Origin: Scyliorhinus canicula
Taxonomy: Eukaryota
DNA: 61,982 nucleotides
Assembly (NCBI RefSeq): GCF_902713615.1
Contig: NC_052146.1
Location: 69,397,238-69,459,219, forward strand
Reading direction: 5' to 3'
The translations under genes were made by a program, and so were the position numbers. A model generated the notes under the pieces. The model saw nothing but the letters and a program-made list of their open reading frames with translations, ran no database searches and was not told where the DNA came from. Positions 1 to 13,428 of the stretch are shown here, one piece after another. Numbering within the stretch: position 1 is the stretch's first letter; each line of letters starts with the position of its first letter.

Positions 1-956
1 CCGTTCTCGCCGGTCCGGTATTTCACAAGCCCGGTGGTAGTGGCGGCTCTGAAAGTCTGGGGGCAGTGGAAGAAGCACATGAGAGTGGAGGGAGCATCGC
101 TCTGGGCCCCAATTTGTAACAATCATTGGTTTGTACCGGGAAGGCTGGATGGGGAGTTTCGGAGATGGCAGAGAGCAGGTATCGAGAGGATGGGGGATTT
201 ATTCATAGATGGGAGCTTTCCCTGTTTGAAGGATTTAGAGGACAAATTTATTTGAATTTATTTGCCAGCAGGAAATGGATTCAGGTACCTGCAGACACGG
301 GAGTACTTGCGAAGGCAGGTTTCGAACTTTCCACTCCTACCACCACGGGGGATAAAGGAAATGGTAGTTTCTAGACTGGGGGTGGGAGAGGGGAAGTTAT
401 CGGATATCTACAAAGAACTCATGGAGTCGGAGTAACTCAGAGAGAGGAGCTAATGGGCAAATGGGAAGATGAGCTGGGGAGAGAGATAGAGGCAGGTCTG
501 TGGGCGGATGCCTTGGGTAGAGTCACTATGTCCTCATCATGTACCAGACTTAGCCTGATACAATTTAAGGTAGTTCACCGGGTACACATGACGATGGCCC
601 GGATGAGCAAGTTTTTTGGGATAGAGGAGAGGTATGCGAGGTGTGCGGGGGGGGGGGGGGGGGGGGGGGGGGGTGGGGGGGGGGCAGCAAATCATGTCCA
701 TATGTTTTGGGAAAGCACAAAGCTTAGGGGATTCTGGCAGGGTTTTGCAGATGTCATGTCCATAGTACGAAAAACACGGGTGGTGCTGAGTCCAGAGGTG
801 AAGTCCAGACGTGATGATTTTTGGAGTGTCGGAAGGTCCAGGAGTCCAGGGGGCGAGGGAGGCTGACGCCCTGGCCTTTGCCTCCCTGGTCGCTCGGAGA
901 TGGACATTGCTAGTGTGGAGGGATTCAAAGCCCCCAAAATTGGAGACCTGGGTTAG
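1..956 (+). mobile_element. Decayed 3' part of an L1-clade LINE ORF2
   Basis: ORF fragments (WAPICNNHWF, SCTRLSLIQFKVVHRVH, NHVHMFW) match the intact L1 ORF2 C-terminus at 37315-38589. Frameshifts and stops are present. Confidence 0.85.
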
Positions 957-959
957 CTA

Positions 960-1755
960 CAGTGAAAGAAAGGCGACATAGTTCCAAGTCAGCATTGTGG
1001 GTGTTTGTAGGAGACCTTGTTGGTGGTAACATTCCCATGTATCTGCTGCCTTTGACCTACTAGGTGGTAGTGATTGTGTGTCTGGAAGGTGCTGTCGAAG
1101 GAGCGTGGTGAGCTGCTGCTGGGGTCTTGGGGATGAAACACGCTGCTGCCACTTGTCTTGGTGGTGGAGGTAAGTAACATTTAAAGTGCAAAATTGGGTG
1201 CCAATGATTCGGTTACTTTGTCCTGTCTGGTGTTGAGCTTCTTGAGTGTTGTTGGAGCCGCACTCGTTCAGACAAGTGGAGCAATGTATGGTAGAAAGGC
1301 TTTGGGGAGACAGGCGGTGAATTGCATAGCTAGAATTCCCACCCTGCAACCTGCTCTTGTAGCCACAGTATTTAATTATTTTTAAAGGATTTTTATCCAG
1401 TTAAGGGGCATGGCAATCCATCTACCCTGCACATCTTTGAGTTTTGGGGTGAGACCCACACAGACCCAGGGAGAATGTGCAGTCTCCACATGGACAATGA
1501 CCCTGGGAACAGTCCTCAGCGCCGTGAGACAACAGTGCTAACCACCGCTGTGCCACCCCCACACCAACAGTATTTATATGGCTTCTCCAGTTAAGTTTCT
1601 GGTCGACGGTATGCCCCAGGGATGTTGATAGGAGGGGATTCAGTGATGAGAATACCACTGAATGTCATGGGGAGATGGTTAGATTCCCTTACAGTGGAGA
1701 TGGTCATTGCCTGGCACCTCTGTGGTGCAAATGTTATTTTGCAGGCCCATCTGTT
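960..1755 (-). mobile_element. Old CR1/jockey-group LINE fragment interrupted by a SINE
   Basis: Reverse complement resembles the plus-strand LINE at 18320-19150 (shared segments such as accaccatc...tcccctccaag and catcctgggg). Confidence 0.55.
1385..1560 (-). mobile_element. Partial tRNA-derived SINE
   Basis: Reverse complement of the SINE head and core (ggtggcacagcggtggttagcactgttgtctcacggcgctgagg; gcacattctccctgggtctg). Confidence 0.8.
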
Positions 1756-2109
1756 ACATAGAACATAGAACATAGAACAGTACAGCACAGAACAGGCCCT
1801 TCGGCCCTCGATGTTGTGCCGAGCCATGATCATCCTACTCAAACCCACGTATCCACCCTATACCCGTAACCCAACAACCCCCCTCCCTTAACCTTACTTT
1901 TTAGGACACTACGGGCAATTTAGCATGGCCAATCCACCTAACCCGCACATCTTTGGACTGTGGGAGGAAACCGGAGCGCCTGGAGGAAACCCACGCACAC
2001 ACGGGGAGGATGTGCAGACTCCGCACAGACAGTGACCCAGCCGGGAATCGAACCTGGGACCCTGGAGCTGTGAAGCATTTATGCTAACCACCATGCTACC
2101 GTGCTGCCC
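1756..2109 (-). mobile_element. Full-length young tRNA-derived SINE with (ttctatg)n tail
   Basis: Head gggcagcacggtagcatggtggttagc, B-box ggttcgattccc, ttctatgttctatg tail. Closely similar to the copy at 56298-56628. Confidence 0.9.
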
Positions 2110-2114
2110 CATAC

Positions 2115-2615
2115 AAAGCATCTCTGTCACAGAGACCCGCACCATAGAGACCCTCTGCCACACGACCCCTCTGCCACACAATCCCTCAGTCACAGAGCCC
2201 TTCTGCCACAGAGACACTCTGCCAGAGAGCCATTCTATCAAAGAGCCCCTCTGCCACAGAGCCCCCCTGCCATAGAGCATCCCTGCCACAGAGACCGTCT
2301 GCCGCAGAGACCGTCTGCCACAGAGCACCTCTGCCACAGAGCCCCTCTGCCACAGAGCATCTCTGCCACAGAGACATCCTGCCACAGAGACCGTCTGCCA
2401 CAGAGCACCTCTGCCACAGAGCCCCTCTGCCACAGAGCATCTCTGCCACAGAGACATCCTGCCACAGAGACCGTCTGCCACAGAGACCCTCTGCCACAGA
2501 GCCCCTCAGTCACAGAGCCCCTCAGTCACAGACCCCCTCTGCCACACAGCCCCTCAGTCAGAGATCCCCCCTGCCACAGAGCCCCTCAGTCACAGATCCC
2601 CTCAGTCACAAAGTC
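2115..2615. repeat. 16-bp minisatellite (consensus about GCCACAGAGCCCCTCT)
   Basis: Tandem ctctgccacagagNNN units, with an 80-bp five-unit block repeated at 2321 and 2401. Confidence 0.9.
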
Positions 2616-2834
2616 CCTGTTATATAGCATCTCAAGGTCTGTCCCTCAAGACAGCTGAATGAAGACTTATGAAGGTGAGGATTTAGCCATTAGGAAAGTC
2701 ACAAGGACACTTGTAGATTTTCTCTTTGTTCGAGGAATGGTCATCACCTAGAAAACATGAGATGTATCTGGTATGTCACAGTGGTTGACAGACATTTGCT
2801 TCTGAGGGTGCACCAAACCTTCAATGTTTCTTAG

Positions 2835-3240
2835 TGTCATGTGGGAGTACCTTTAAGAAATGGATGTTTAAGCAATGTACCTTTAAGAAATTAGGCAGCT
2901 CATATTATTGAAGTGATGTCAGAGTGTGGGTGGAGCTGGGTTTTTAGTTCAGCCGTTTTGCAGTGTTTTGCTTTTCAGTTTGAGAGAGAATAGCTGAAAA
3001 GTGCCTGGCTGGTTTGCTGTGAGCTGTGTGAAAGGAAAAGCCAGTTTGGAGGAAAAGAGCTTGGGTGTGTCTGTGTTTTGCAGGGAGCTGGATTTGCTGT
3101 GATCTTTGCTATGAAAGACTATCTCTGAATCATTTGAGTGATTTAAACTCATAATAGTAATGTCGTTAACCTGACGTGTTTCTGTTTAAAGATGTTAAGT
3201 GTTTTGGAGATTTGAAGGAACTGCATGTTGATGGAATAAA
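2835..3240 (+). mobile_element. Probable LTR fragment
   Basis: Starts tgtcatgtgggagtacctttaagaaatgg, which I recognise as a shark LTR-type start. No partner LTR found. Confidence 0.35.
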
Positions 3241-3389
3241 AATAATTCCTCGTCATAAATATGAAAGCTTCCTGTGATGGTCATGATGTGAAAATTAACA
3301 AACTTAGCAAATGTAGAAAGCCAGCTATTGACATCAAACTCATTGCTCTTTGGCCCGGAGACTCCACATCAGTTGGGAAATTAACGGGC

Positions 3390-6300
3390 CCCCTTTACCC
3401 TGTCAGATTAATGTCTTCCCTTTACCCTGGCAGATTAATGTGCTCCCTTTACCCTGTCAGATTAAAGTCTTCTCTTTACCCTGGCAGATTACTGTGCCCC
3501 CTTTACACTGTCAGATTAATGTGCTCCCTTTACCCTGTCAGATTGACGTCTTCCCTTTACCCTGTCAGATTAATGTGCCCCCTTTACCCTGTCAGATTAA
3601 CGTCTTCCCTTTACCCTGTCAGATTAATGTGCCACCTTTACCCTGTCAGATTAATGTGCCCCCTTTACCCTGGCAGATTAATGTGCCACCATTACCCTGT
3701 CAGATTAATGTGCTCCCTTTACCCTGTCAGATTAACACCTTCTCGTTACCCTGTCAGATTAATGTCTTCCCTATACCCTGTCAGATTAACGCCTTCCCGT
3801 TACCCTGTCAGATTAATGTCTTCCCTTTACCCTGTCAGATTAATGTGCTCCGTTTACCCTGGCAGATTAATGTGCTCCCTTTACCCTGGCAGATTAATGT
3901 GCTCCCTTTACCCTGGCAGATTATTGTGCTCCCTTTACCCTGGCAGATTAATGTGCTCCCTTTACCCTGGCAGATTAATGTGCTCCATTTACCCTGGCAG
4001 ATTATTGTGCTCCCATTACCCTGTCAGATTAATGTGCTCCCTTTACCCTGGCAGATTAATGTACTCCCTTTACCCTGGCAGATTAATGTGCCCCCTTTAC
4101 CCTGGCAGATTAATGTGCTCCCTTTAGCCTGGCAGATTAATGTGCTCCCTTTACCCTGGCAGATTAATGTGCTCCCTTTACCCTGGCAGGTTAATGTGCT
4201 CTCTTTACCCTGGCAGATTAATGTACTCCCTTTGCCCAGGCAGATTAATGTGCCCCCTTTACCCGGGCAGATTAATGTACACCCTTTACCCTGGTACATT
4301 AATGTGCTCCCTTTACCCTAGTACATTAATGTGCTCTCTTTACCCTGGCAGATTAATGTGCTCCCTTTAGCCTGGCAGATTAATGTGCTCCCTTTACCCT
4401 GGCAGATTAGTGTTCTCCCTTTACCCTGGCAGATTAATGTGCTCCCTTTGCCCAGGCAGATTAATGTGCCCCCTTTACCCGGGCAGATTAATGTACACCC
4501 TTTGCCCTGGTACATAAATGTGCTCCCTTTCCACTGGCAGATTAATGTGCTCTCTTTACCCTGGCAGATTAATGTGCTCCCTTTACCCTAGTACATTAAT
4601 GTGCTCTCTTTACCCTGGCAGATTAATGTACTGCCTTTACCCTGGCAGATAAATGTGCCCCCTTTACCCTGGCAGATTAATGTGCTCTCTTTACCCTGGA
4701 AGATTAATGTGCTCCCTTTACCCTGGCAGATTAATGTGCCCCCTTTACCCTGGCAGATTAATGAGCTCCCTTTACCCTGGCAGATTAATGCGCTATCTTT
4801 ACCCTGGCAGATTAATGTGCTCTCTTTACCCTGGCAGATTAATGTGCTCCCTTTAACCTGGCAGATTAATGTGCTCCCTTTACCCTGGCAGATTAATGTG
4901 CTCCCTTTACCCTGGCTGATTAATGTACTCCCTTTGCCCAGGCAGATTAATGTGCCCCCTTTACCCGGGCAGATTAATGTACACCCTTTGCCCTGGTACA
5001 TTAATGTGCTCCCTTTCCACTGGCAGATTAATGTGCTCTCTTTACCCTGGCAGATTAATGTGCTCCCTTTACCCTAGTACATTAATGTGCTCTCTTTACC
5101 CTGGCAGATTAATGTGCTCCCTTTACCCTGGCAGATTAATGTGCACCCTTTACCCTGGCAGATTAATGTGCTCTCTTTACCCTGGCAGATTAATGTGCTC
5201 CCTTTACCCTGGCAGATTAATGTGCCCCCTTTACCCTGGCAGATTAATGTGCTCCCGTTACCCTGGCAGATTAATGTGCTATCTTTACCCTGGCAGATTA
5301 ATGTGCTCCCTTTACCCTGGCAGATTAATGTGCCCCCTTTACCCTGGCATATTAATGTACTCCCTTTACCCTGGCAGATTAATGTGCTATCTTTACCCTG
5401 GCAGATTAATGTCCTCCCTTTACCCTGGCAGATTAATGTGCTCCCTTTGCCCTGCAGATTAATGTACTCCCTTTACCCTGGCAGATTAATGTCTTCCCTT
5501 TACCCTGTCAGATTGATGTGCTCACTTAACCCTGGCAGATTAATGTGCTACCTTTACTCAGGCAGATTAATGTGCTCCCTTTACCCTGGCATATTAATGT
5601 GCTCCCTTTACCCTGGCAGATTAATGTACTCCCTTTACCCTGGCAGATTTATGTGCTCCCTTTTCCCTGGCAGATTTATGTACTCCTTTTACCCTGGCAG
5701 ATTAATGTGCTCCCTTTACCCTGGCAGATTAATGTGCTCCCTTTACCCTGGCAGATTGATGTGCTCCCTTTACCCTGGCAGAATAATGTGCTCTCTTTAC
5801 CCTGGCAGATTAATGTACTCTCTTTACCCTGGCAGATTAATGTGCTCCCTTTACCCTGGCAGATTAATGTGCTCCCTTTCCCTGGCAGATTAATGTGCTC
5901 CCTTTATCCTGGCACATTAATGTGCTCCCTTTACCCTGGTACATTAATGTGCTCCCTTTACCCTGGCAGATTAATGTGCTCCATTTACCCTGGCAGATTT
6001 ATGTGCTCCCTTTTCCCTGGCAGATTCATGTGCTCCCTTTACCCTGGCAGATTAATGTGCTCCCATTACCCTGGCAGATCTATGTGCTTCCTTTACCCTG
6101 GCAGATTAATGTGCTCACTTTAGCCTGGCAGATTAATGTACTCCCTTTACCCTGGCAGATTAATGTGCTCCCTTTACCCTGGCAGATTAATGTGCTCCCT
6201 TTATCCTGGCAGATTAATGTGCTCCCTTTACCCTGGCAGATTAATGTGCTCCCTTTACCCAGGCAGATTAATGTGCTCCCTTTACCCTGGCAGATTAATG

Positions 6301-9300
6301 TGCTCCCTTTACCCTGGCAGATTAATGTGCTCCCTTTACCGTGGCAGATTAACGTGCTCCCTTTACCCTGGCAGATTAACGTGCTCCCTTTACCCTGGCA
6401 GATTAATGTGCTCCCTTTAGCCTGGCAGATTAATGTGCTCCCTTTACCCTGGCAGATTAATGTGCCCCCTTTACCCTGGCAGATTAATGTGCTCCCTTTA
6501 CCCCGACTTTACCCTGGCAGATTAACATGCTCCCTTTACCCTGGCAGATTAATATACTGCCTTTACCCTGGCAGATTAATGTGCTCCCTTTACACTGGCA
6601 GATTAATGTGCTCCCTTTACCCTGGCAGATTAATGTGCTCCTTTTACCCTGGCAGATTAATGTACTCCCTTTACCCTGGCAGATTAATGTGCTCCTTTTA
6701 CCCTGGCAGATTAATGCACTCCCTTTACCCTGGCAGATTAATGTACTCCCTTTTCCCTATCAGATTGACGTCTTCCCTTTACCCTGTCAGATTAACGTCT
6801 TCCCTTTACCCTGGCAGATTAATGTGCTCCCTTTACCCTAGCAGATTAATGTGCTCCCTTTACCCTGGCAGATTAATGTGCTCCCTTTACCCTGGTAGAT
6901 TAATGTACTCCCTTTACCCTGGCAGATTAATGTGCCCCCTTTACCCTGGCAGATTAATGTGCTCTCTTTACCTTGGCAGATTAATGTGCCCCCTTTACCC
7001 TGGCAGATTAATGTGCTCTCTTTACCCTGACAGATTAATGTACTCCCTTTACCCTGGCAGATTAACGTGCTCCCTTTACCTTGGCAGATTAATGTGCTCC
7101 CTTTACCCTGGCAGATTAATGTGGTCCCTTTACCCTGGCAGATTTATGTGCTCTCTTTACCCTGGCAGATTAATGTGCTCCCTTTACCCTGGCAGATTAA
7201 TTTGCACCCTTTACCCTGGCAGATTAATGTGCTCCCTTTACCTTGGCAGATTAATGTGCTCCCTTTACCCTGGCAGATTAATGTGCTCTCTTTACCCTGG
7301 CAGATTAATGTGCTCCCTTTACCCTGGCAGATTTATGTGCTCCCTTTACCCTGGCAGATTAATGTGCTCCCTTTACCCTGGCATATTAGTGTGCTCTCTT
7401 TACCTTGGCAGATTAATGTGCCCCCTTTACCCTGGCAGATTAATGTGCTGTCTTTACCCTGGCAGATTAATGTACTCCCTTTACCCTGGCAGATTAACGT
7501 GCTCCCTTTACCCTGGCAGATTAATGTGCCCCCTTTACCCTGGCAGATTAATGTGCTCCCTTTACCCTGGCAGATTAATGTGCTATCTTTACCCTGGCAG
7601 ATTAATGTGCTCCCTTTACCCTGGCAGATTAATGTGCCCCCTTTACCCTGGCAGATTAATGTACTCCCTTTACCCTGGCAGATTAATGTGCTATCATTAC
7701 CCTGGCAGATTAATGTCCTCCCTTTACCCTGGCAGATTAATGTGCTCCCTTTACCCTGCAGATTAATGTACTCCCTTTACCCTGGCAGATTAATGTCTTC
7801 CCTTTACCCTGTCAGATTGTTGTGCTCACTTTTCCCTGGCAGATTAATGTGCTCCCTTTACCCTGGGAGATTTATGTGCTCCCTTTTCCCTGGCAGATTT
7901 ATGTACTCCTTTTACCCTGGCAGATTAATGTGCTCCCTTTACCCTGGCAGATTTATGTGCTCCCTTTACCCTGGCAGATTAATGTGCTACCTTTAGCCTG
8001 GCAGATTAATGTATTCCCTTTACCCTGGCAGATTAATGTGCTCCCTTTACCCTGGCAGATTAATGTGCTCCTTTACCCTGGCAGATTAATGTGCTCCCTT
8101 TACCCTGGCAGATTAATGTGCTCCCTTTACCCTGGCAGATTGATGTGCTCCCTTTACCCTGGCAGATTCATGTGCTCTCTTTACCCTGACAGATTAATGT
8201 ACTCTCTTTACCCTGGCAGATTAATGTGCTCCCTTTACCAAGGCAGATTAATGTGCTCCCTTTCCCTGGCAGATTAATGTGCTCCCTTTATCCTGGCACA
8301 TTAATGTGCTCCCTTTACCCTGGTACATTAATGTGCTCTCTTTACCCTGGCAGATTAATGTGCTCCCTTTACCCTGGCAGATTTATGTGCTCCCTTTTCC
8401 CTGGCAGATTCATGTGCTCCCTTTACCCTGGCAGATTAATGTGCTCCCATTACCCTGGCAGATTAATGTGCTCCCTTTAGCCTGGCTGATTAATGTACTC
8501 CCTTTACCCTTGCAGATTAATGTGCTCCCTTTACCCTGGCAGATTAATGTGCTCCCTTTACCCTGGCAGATTAATGTGCTCCCTTTACCCTGGCAGATTA
8601 ATGTGCTCCCTTTACCCAGGCAGATTAATGTGCTCCCTTTACCCTGGCAGATTAATGTGCTCCCTTTACCCTGGCAGATTAATGTGCTCCCTTTAGCCTG
8701 GCAGATTAACGTGCTCCCTTTACCCTGGCAGATTAACGTGCTCCCTTTACCCTGGCAGATTAATGTGCTCCCTTTAGCCTGGCAGATTAATGTGCTCCCT
8801 TTACCCTGGCAGATTAATGTGCCCACTTTACCCTGGCAGATTAATGTGCTCCCTTTACCCCGACTTTACCCTGGCAGATTAACGTGCTCCCTTTACCCTG
8901 GCAGATTAATATACTGCCTTTACCCTGGCAGATTAATGTGCTCCCTTTACCCTGGCAGATTAATGTGCTCCTTTTACCCTGGCAGATTAATGTACTCCCT
9001 TTACCCTGGCAGATTAATGTGCTCCTTTTACCCTGGCAGATTAATGCACTCCCTTTACCCTGGCAGATTAATGTACTCCCTTTTCCCTGTCAGATTGACG
9101 TCTTCCCTTTACCCTGTCAGATTAACATCTTCCCTTTACCCTGGCAGATTAATGTGCTCCCTTTACCCTGGCAGATTAATGTGCTCCCTTTACCCTGGCA
9201 GATTAATGTGCTCCCTTTACCCTGGTAGATTAATGTACTCCCTTTACCCTGGCAGATTAATGTGCCCCCTTTACCCTGGCAGATTAATGTGCTCTCTTTA

Positions 9301-9837
9301 CCTTGGCAGATTAATGTGCCCCCTTTACCCTGGCAGATTAATGTGCTCTCTTTTCCCTGGCAGATTAATGTACTCCCTTTACCCTGGCAGATTAACGTGC
9401 TCCCTTTACCTTGGCAGATTAATATGCTCCCTTTACCCTGGCAGATTAATGTGGTCCCTTTACCCTGGCAGATGTATGTGCTCTCTTTACCCTGGCAGAT
9501 TAATGTGCTCCCTTTACCCTGGCAGATTAATGTGCACCCTTTACCCTGGCAGATTAATGTGCTCCCTTTACCCTGGCAGATTAATGTGCTCCCTTTACCC
9601 TGGCAGATTAATGTGCTCCCTTTACCCTGGCAGATTAATGTGCTCCCTTTACCCTGGCAGATTTATGTGCTCCCTTTACCCTGGCAGATTAATGTGCTCC
9701 CTTTACCCTGGCAGATTAATGTGCTCCCTTTACCCTGGCAGATTTACGTGCTCCCTTTACCCTGGCAGGTTAATTTTCTCCCTTTACCCCGACTTTATCT
9801 TGGCAGATTAATGTGCTCCTTTTTGCCTGGCAGATTA
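3390..9837. repeat. 27-bp tandem satellite, about 240 copies (CTTTACCCTGGCAGATTAATGTGCTCC)
   Basis: Directly visible tandem array. The 27-bp period produces the LPLPWQINV / LYPGRLMCS pseudo-ORFs. Confidence 0.97.
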
Positions 9838-10049
9838 GTCAATGCAGGATTTATTGTTTTTTTGCTGAATAGGGACGAATAAGTGTGTGAAGGCAGTCAG
9901 TGGGATCATGCCAAACTCTGATGCTTCGTGTTTACCGCAAATATTAAGTTAAAAGGACATGAATTTGTGGCAAATGCAATGTGGTGCTATCATCTTTTTG
10001 AAATAGCCTGTCGTTCCATGGAGCTACATTGAATCTGCATTGTGTTGAA

Positions 10050-10570
10050 GCAAACCATTCGGCCAAATTGGTCTCTGCTATGTTCCTATTCATTCCAAGC
10101 ATCCATCCATTTTAATCCCTCTTCTCACCTATCCTCTATATTTCCCTATCCAATCTTTCTCATGTGTGCAACAAGTTTCCTTTTCTCTGTATGAGGGCCT
10201 TAACTAGTCCATGTTAAAGTGAATTCCATATTCTCAACACTCTTTGTGCACATACATTCCTCCCAATTGAAACATAGCAGCCTGATTAAGATGATTCAGC
10301 TACTCCAGTCAGTTGAAGCAGTTCAATTTGATTAAAATTGATCTGTGCCTCAAGTCAATTTACTCACCTATGTTTCATAACTGTGATAAATTTTACTGAA
10401 TAAATCCTATCCACCTCGATGTTAAAAGTTTCAACTGACCCAGCATCCATCGTCTTTTGATGGAATCCATTCCAGATTGTCAGACACCTTTGTGTATTTC
10501 TCCTGATGTAGCTAGTTATAATATTGGTCTTGTATCTGATTAATTGAGAGATTATTTTCTCTGTTTCACC
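10050..10570 (-). mobile_element. Old CR1 LINE 3' fragment
   Basis: Minus ORF IWNGFHQKTMDAGSVETFNIEVDRI resembles the CR1 ORF2 C-terminus. Confidence 0.55.
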
Positions 10571-11134
10571 CACTGAATTTCTTCGTCATTTTCAATACCT
10601 GGATTACCCTCTCTGACTTTCCATGTGACGTATAAAATGTCACACAGATTAAATCTCACTGTTGAAGCATTTTTAGAATGTTGCCGATGTGTACAGAAGT
10701 ATTGGACAGAAATGAATACCCGCACTGAGATTAGTGAAACAGTCATTGCAATACACGGTGGTATTTGTGCCGATAGATTGAAGTTGTAATCAGGTCAGTG
10801 TTAACATGCCGTGAGACACAGGCAGGGGTACAAACAGACAAACTGCCATCTGTTGGTGTAACCTGAAATGTTCCACTTACAATCAAACTGGAAACATCTG
10901 AATTTATTATAAAAGTGTGTTTTCTTCCCTAATGAAAAAACAGGTCAATACCTAAGATTTCTTGAATTAGATTTGACTGAATCTTTGATGCTTCTTTTAC
11001 GTAGGTCTGCCTGAATCTTATATTTGACCAGACAGGAGTAAAGATCATGAAAGTTCCACTCTGAGGTTGACAAGAGTCCGATGCGTGCTCACACTGAACG
11101 TGCTGCCTGCCTCCTGCTGCTCACGAAATATACC

Positions 11135-11855
11135 GGGCGCGATTCTCCAACCCCCACGCCGGGTGGGAGAATCGCGGGAGGGCCGGGCGATTCACGGCAT
11201 GCCGCCCTGGCACCCGCACGCGATTCTCCCACCCTCCCCCAAAATGGCGTGTAGCGTTTTGCGACAGGCCGCTCGGAGAATCGCCGCTCCGGTCAAGCAG
11301 CGATTCTCCGGCCCGGATGGGCCGAGCGGCCTGCCTAATACGACCGGTTCACGCCGACGCCAACCACACCTGGTCGCTGCCGGCGTGAACATCGCGCGAC
11401 TGCTGCATGTGGGGCCTGTGGGGGGGGGGCGGCGGAGGGAGGATTGAGCACCAGGGGGCGCTCAGGAGGGGTCTGGCCCGCGATCGGTGCTCACCGATCG
11501 TCGGGCCGGCGTCTCTGAAAGACGCAGTCTTTTCCATCCGCCGCCCCGCAAGATCAATCCTCCATGTCTTGCGGGGCAGCGGAGGGGAGGACGGCAACCA
11601 CACATGCGCGGGTTGGCGCCGGCCAACCTGCGCATGCGCGGGTGACGTCATTTAGGCGCCACCGGCAGCGTCATTCAGGCGGCGCCGCTTTGACACTGGC
11701 ATCAAGGCCTGGCGTGTGAGATTGACGTGCCGCCGCTCCTAACTCCCTGGGGCTGGGAGAATAGGGGGCGAGGAGCGGCCTCCGACACCGGAGTGAAACA
11801 CTCTGGTTTTCACTCCGGCGTCGGCACTTTGTCTCCCTTTGGGAGAATCGCGGCC
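11135..11855. mobile_element. PIF/Harbinger-type MITE
   Basis: 14-bp TIRs gggcgcgattctcc / ggagaatcgcggcc; 3-bp TSD ACC (11132-11134, 11856-11858); non-coding and CpG-rich. Confidence 0.85.
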
Positions 11856-11868
11856 ACCAGCTTTGACA

Positions 11869-12173
11869 TGGTGGCACAGAGATTAGAACTTCTGCCTCAC
11901 AGTGCCAAGGATCCAGATTCAATTCCAGCCTTGAGCAACTGTCTGTGTGAAGTTTGCACTTTCTCTGGGGTCTGCGTGGGTTTTCTCTGCATGCTCCGGT
12001 TTCTTCCGACAGTCCAAAGCTGTGTAGGTTAGGTGGGTTGGCCATGCTAAAATGCCCCTTAGGTGTTCCCAAATAGTTAGGTGGGGTTACTGGGTTACCG
12101 GGATAGGGTTGGGGTGTGGACCTAGGTAGGGTAATCTTTGGCCTCCTTCTGCACTGTATGATTCTATGATTCC
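11869..12173 (+). mobile_element. tRNA-derived SINE
   Basis: Degenerate head, conserved core, tatgattctatgattc tail. Confidence 0.8.
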
Positions 12174-13104
12174 TTTCCAGGATGCCGTGGCCACGAATCG
12201 AGGTACAAATGTATGAATGAACAAAAATATGACGCTTCGTTGCATATGAACAGTGGAAAGTCAAGTCTTTGGTTCCTATTCTTTTAACCTGCAGATGCTG
12301 AACAAATGAATAAAACAATGGAAAATTAAAAGACTTCAACTGATTCACCGTATATGAAGTGACAATGTGTTCTGGACGTTGCTCCACGCTTTACGTTGAT
12401 GCCTCAGAAAGGGTGAAACGAGATTTACAGCATTGTTACAGCACAGAGACAGGCCATTTGACCTGTGCTGGCTGCTGGCTCTCCTTAGGAGTAACTTACT
12501 TGGTACCATTCCCTGGCCTTCTCCCCAAAGCCCTGCACATTCTTCCCTTTCAGATAATGATCCAATTTCCTCTTAAATGTCTTGAATGAACCTACCTCCA
12601 CCACACAATCAAACCGCTCATGACAGATCCTAACCTCTCATCGGGAAATAAATGTTTCCCTCATGTTGCCATTGCTTCTGTTGTCCATTACCTGAAATCT
12701 GCCAAATTGATCTTGATCCTTCCAGCAATGGGAATATTTATTTCCCTGTCTACTCTGCCCAGACCATCATGATTTTGAATAACTCACTCCACTCAATATC
12801 TCCACTCAACTTTCTCTTCTCCAAGGAAAATTATCCCAACTTCTCAATCTGTGTAAGCAAAATTCCTCATCAATAGGACCATTCCCATGAATGTTTTCTG
12901 CACACTCTGTAATGCCTTCATATCTTTCCTAGAGTATGGCACTCAGAACTGGGAGCGATACTCCACTGTGGCTGACCCACTATTATATACAAAATAAATA
13001 TAATTTGTTGCTTTTATACCAAATGCCCCTATTAATAAAGCCTACGATGCCAAGTGCATTATTTTCTCAATTTGACCTGCCACCTTCAATGATTTATTCA
13101 CACG

Positions 13105-13428
13105 TGTGGCACAGTGGTTGGCACTGTTGCCTCACAGCGCCAGGGACCCGGGTTCAATTCTGGACTCGGGTAACTGTCTGTGTGGAGTTTGTACATTCTC
13201 CCCGTATCTACATAGGTTTCCTCTGGGTGCTCCAGTTTCCTCCCACAGTCCAAAGATGTGCAGGTTAGATGGAAAGGCCATGATAAAATTACTCTTTAGT
13301 ACCCAGGGACATTCAGGTTAGGTGAGGTTGGGTGGGGGGTGCTAGGTAGGGAGCTGTTTCAGAAGGTCAATGCAGATTCGATGGGCCAAATGACCTCCTT
13401 CTGCACTGTAAAGATTGTATGATTCTAT
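13105..13428 (+). mobile_element. tRNA-derived SINE
   Basis: gtggcacagtggttggcactgttgcctcacagcgccagggacccgggttcaattc head and gattctatg tail. Confidence 0.85.

Noticed and set aside
1756-2109. tRNA gene-like A/B boxes (here and in other SINE heads)
   Set aside because: They continue into SINE core and tail, with no complete cloverleaf or Pol III terminator.
3390-9837. CRISPR-like regular repeats
   Set aside because: Head-to-tail units with no unique spacers, no cas genes, vertebrate context.
3261-9882. Long ORFs up to 623 aa (LPLPWQINV / LYPGRLMCS repeats)
   Set aside because: Artefact of a 27-bp (multiple of 3) satellite; no splice, start or domain context.
10990-12330. Splice-acceptor-like sites (ttttacgtag at about 11004, aacctgcag at about 12293)
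   Set aside because: The first has stops in all three frames; the second has no recognisable coding partner. Too weak to call exons.
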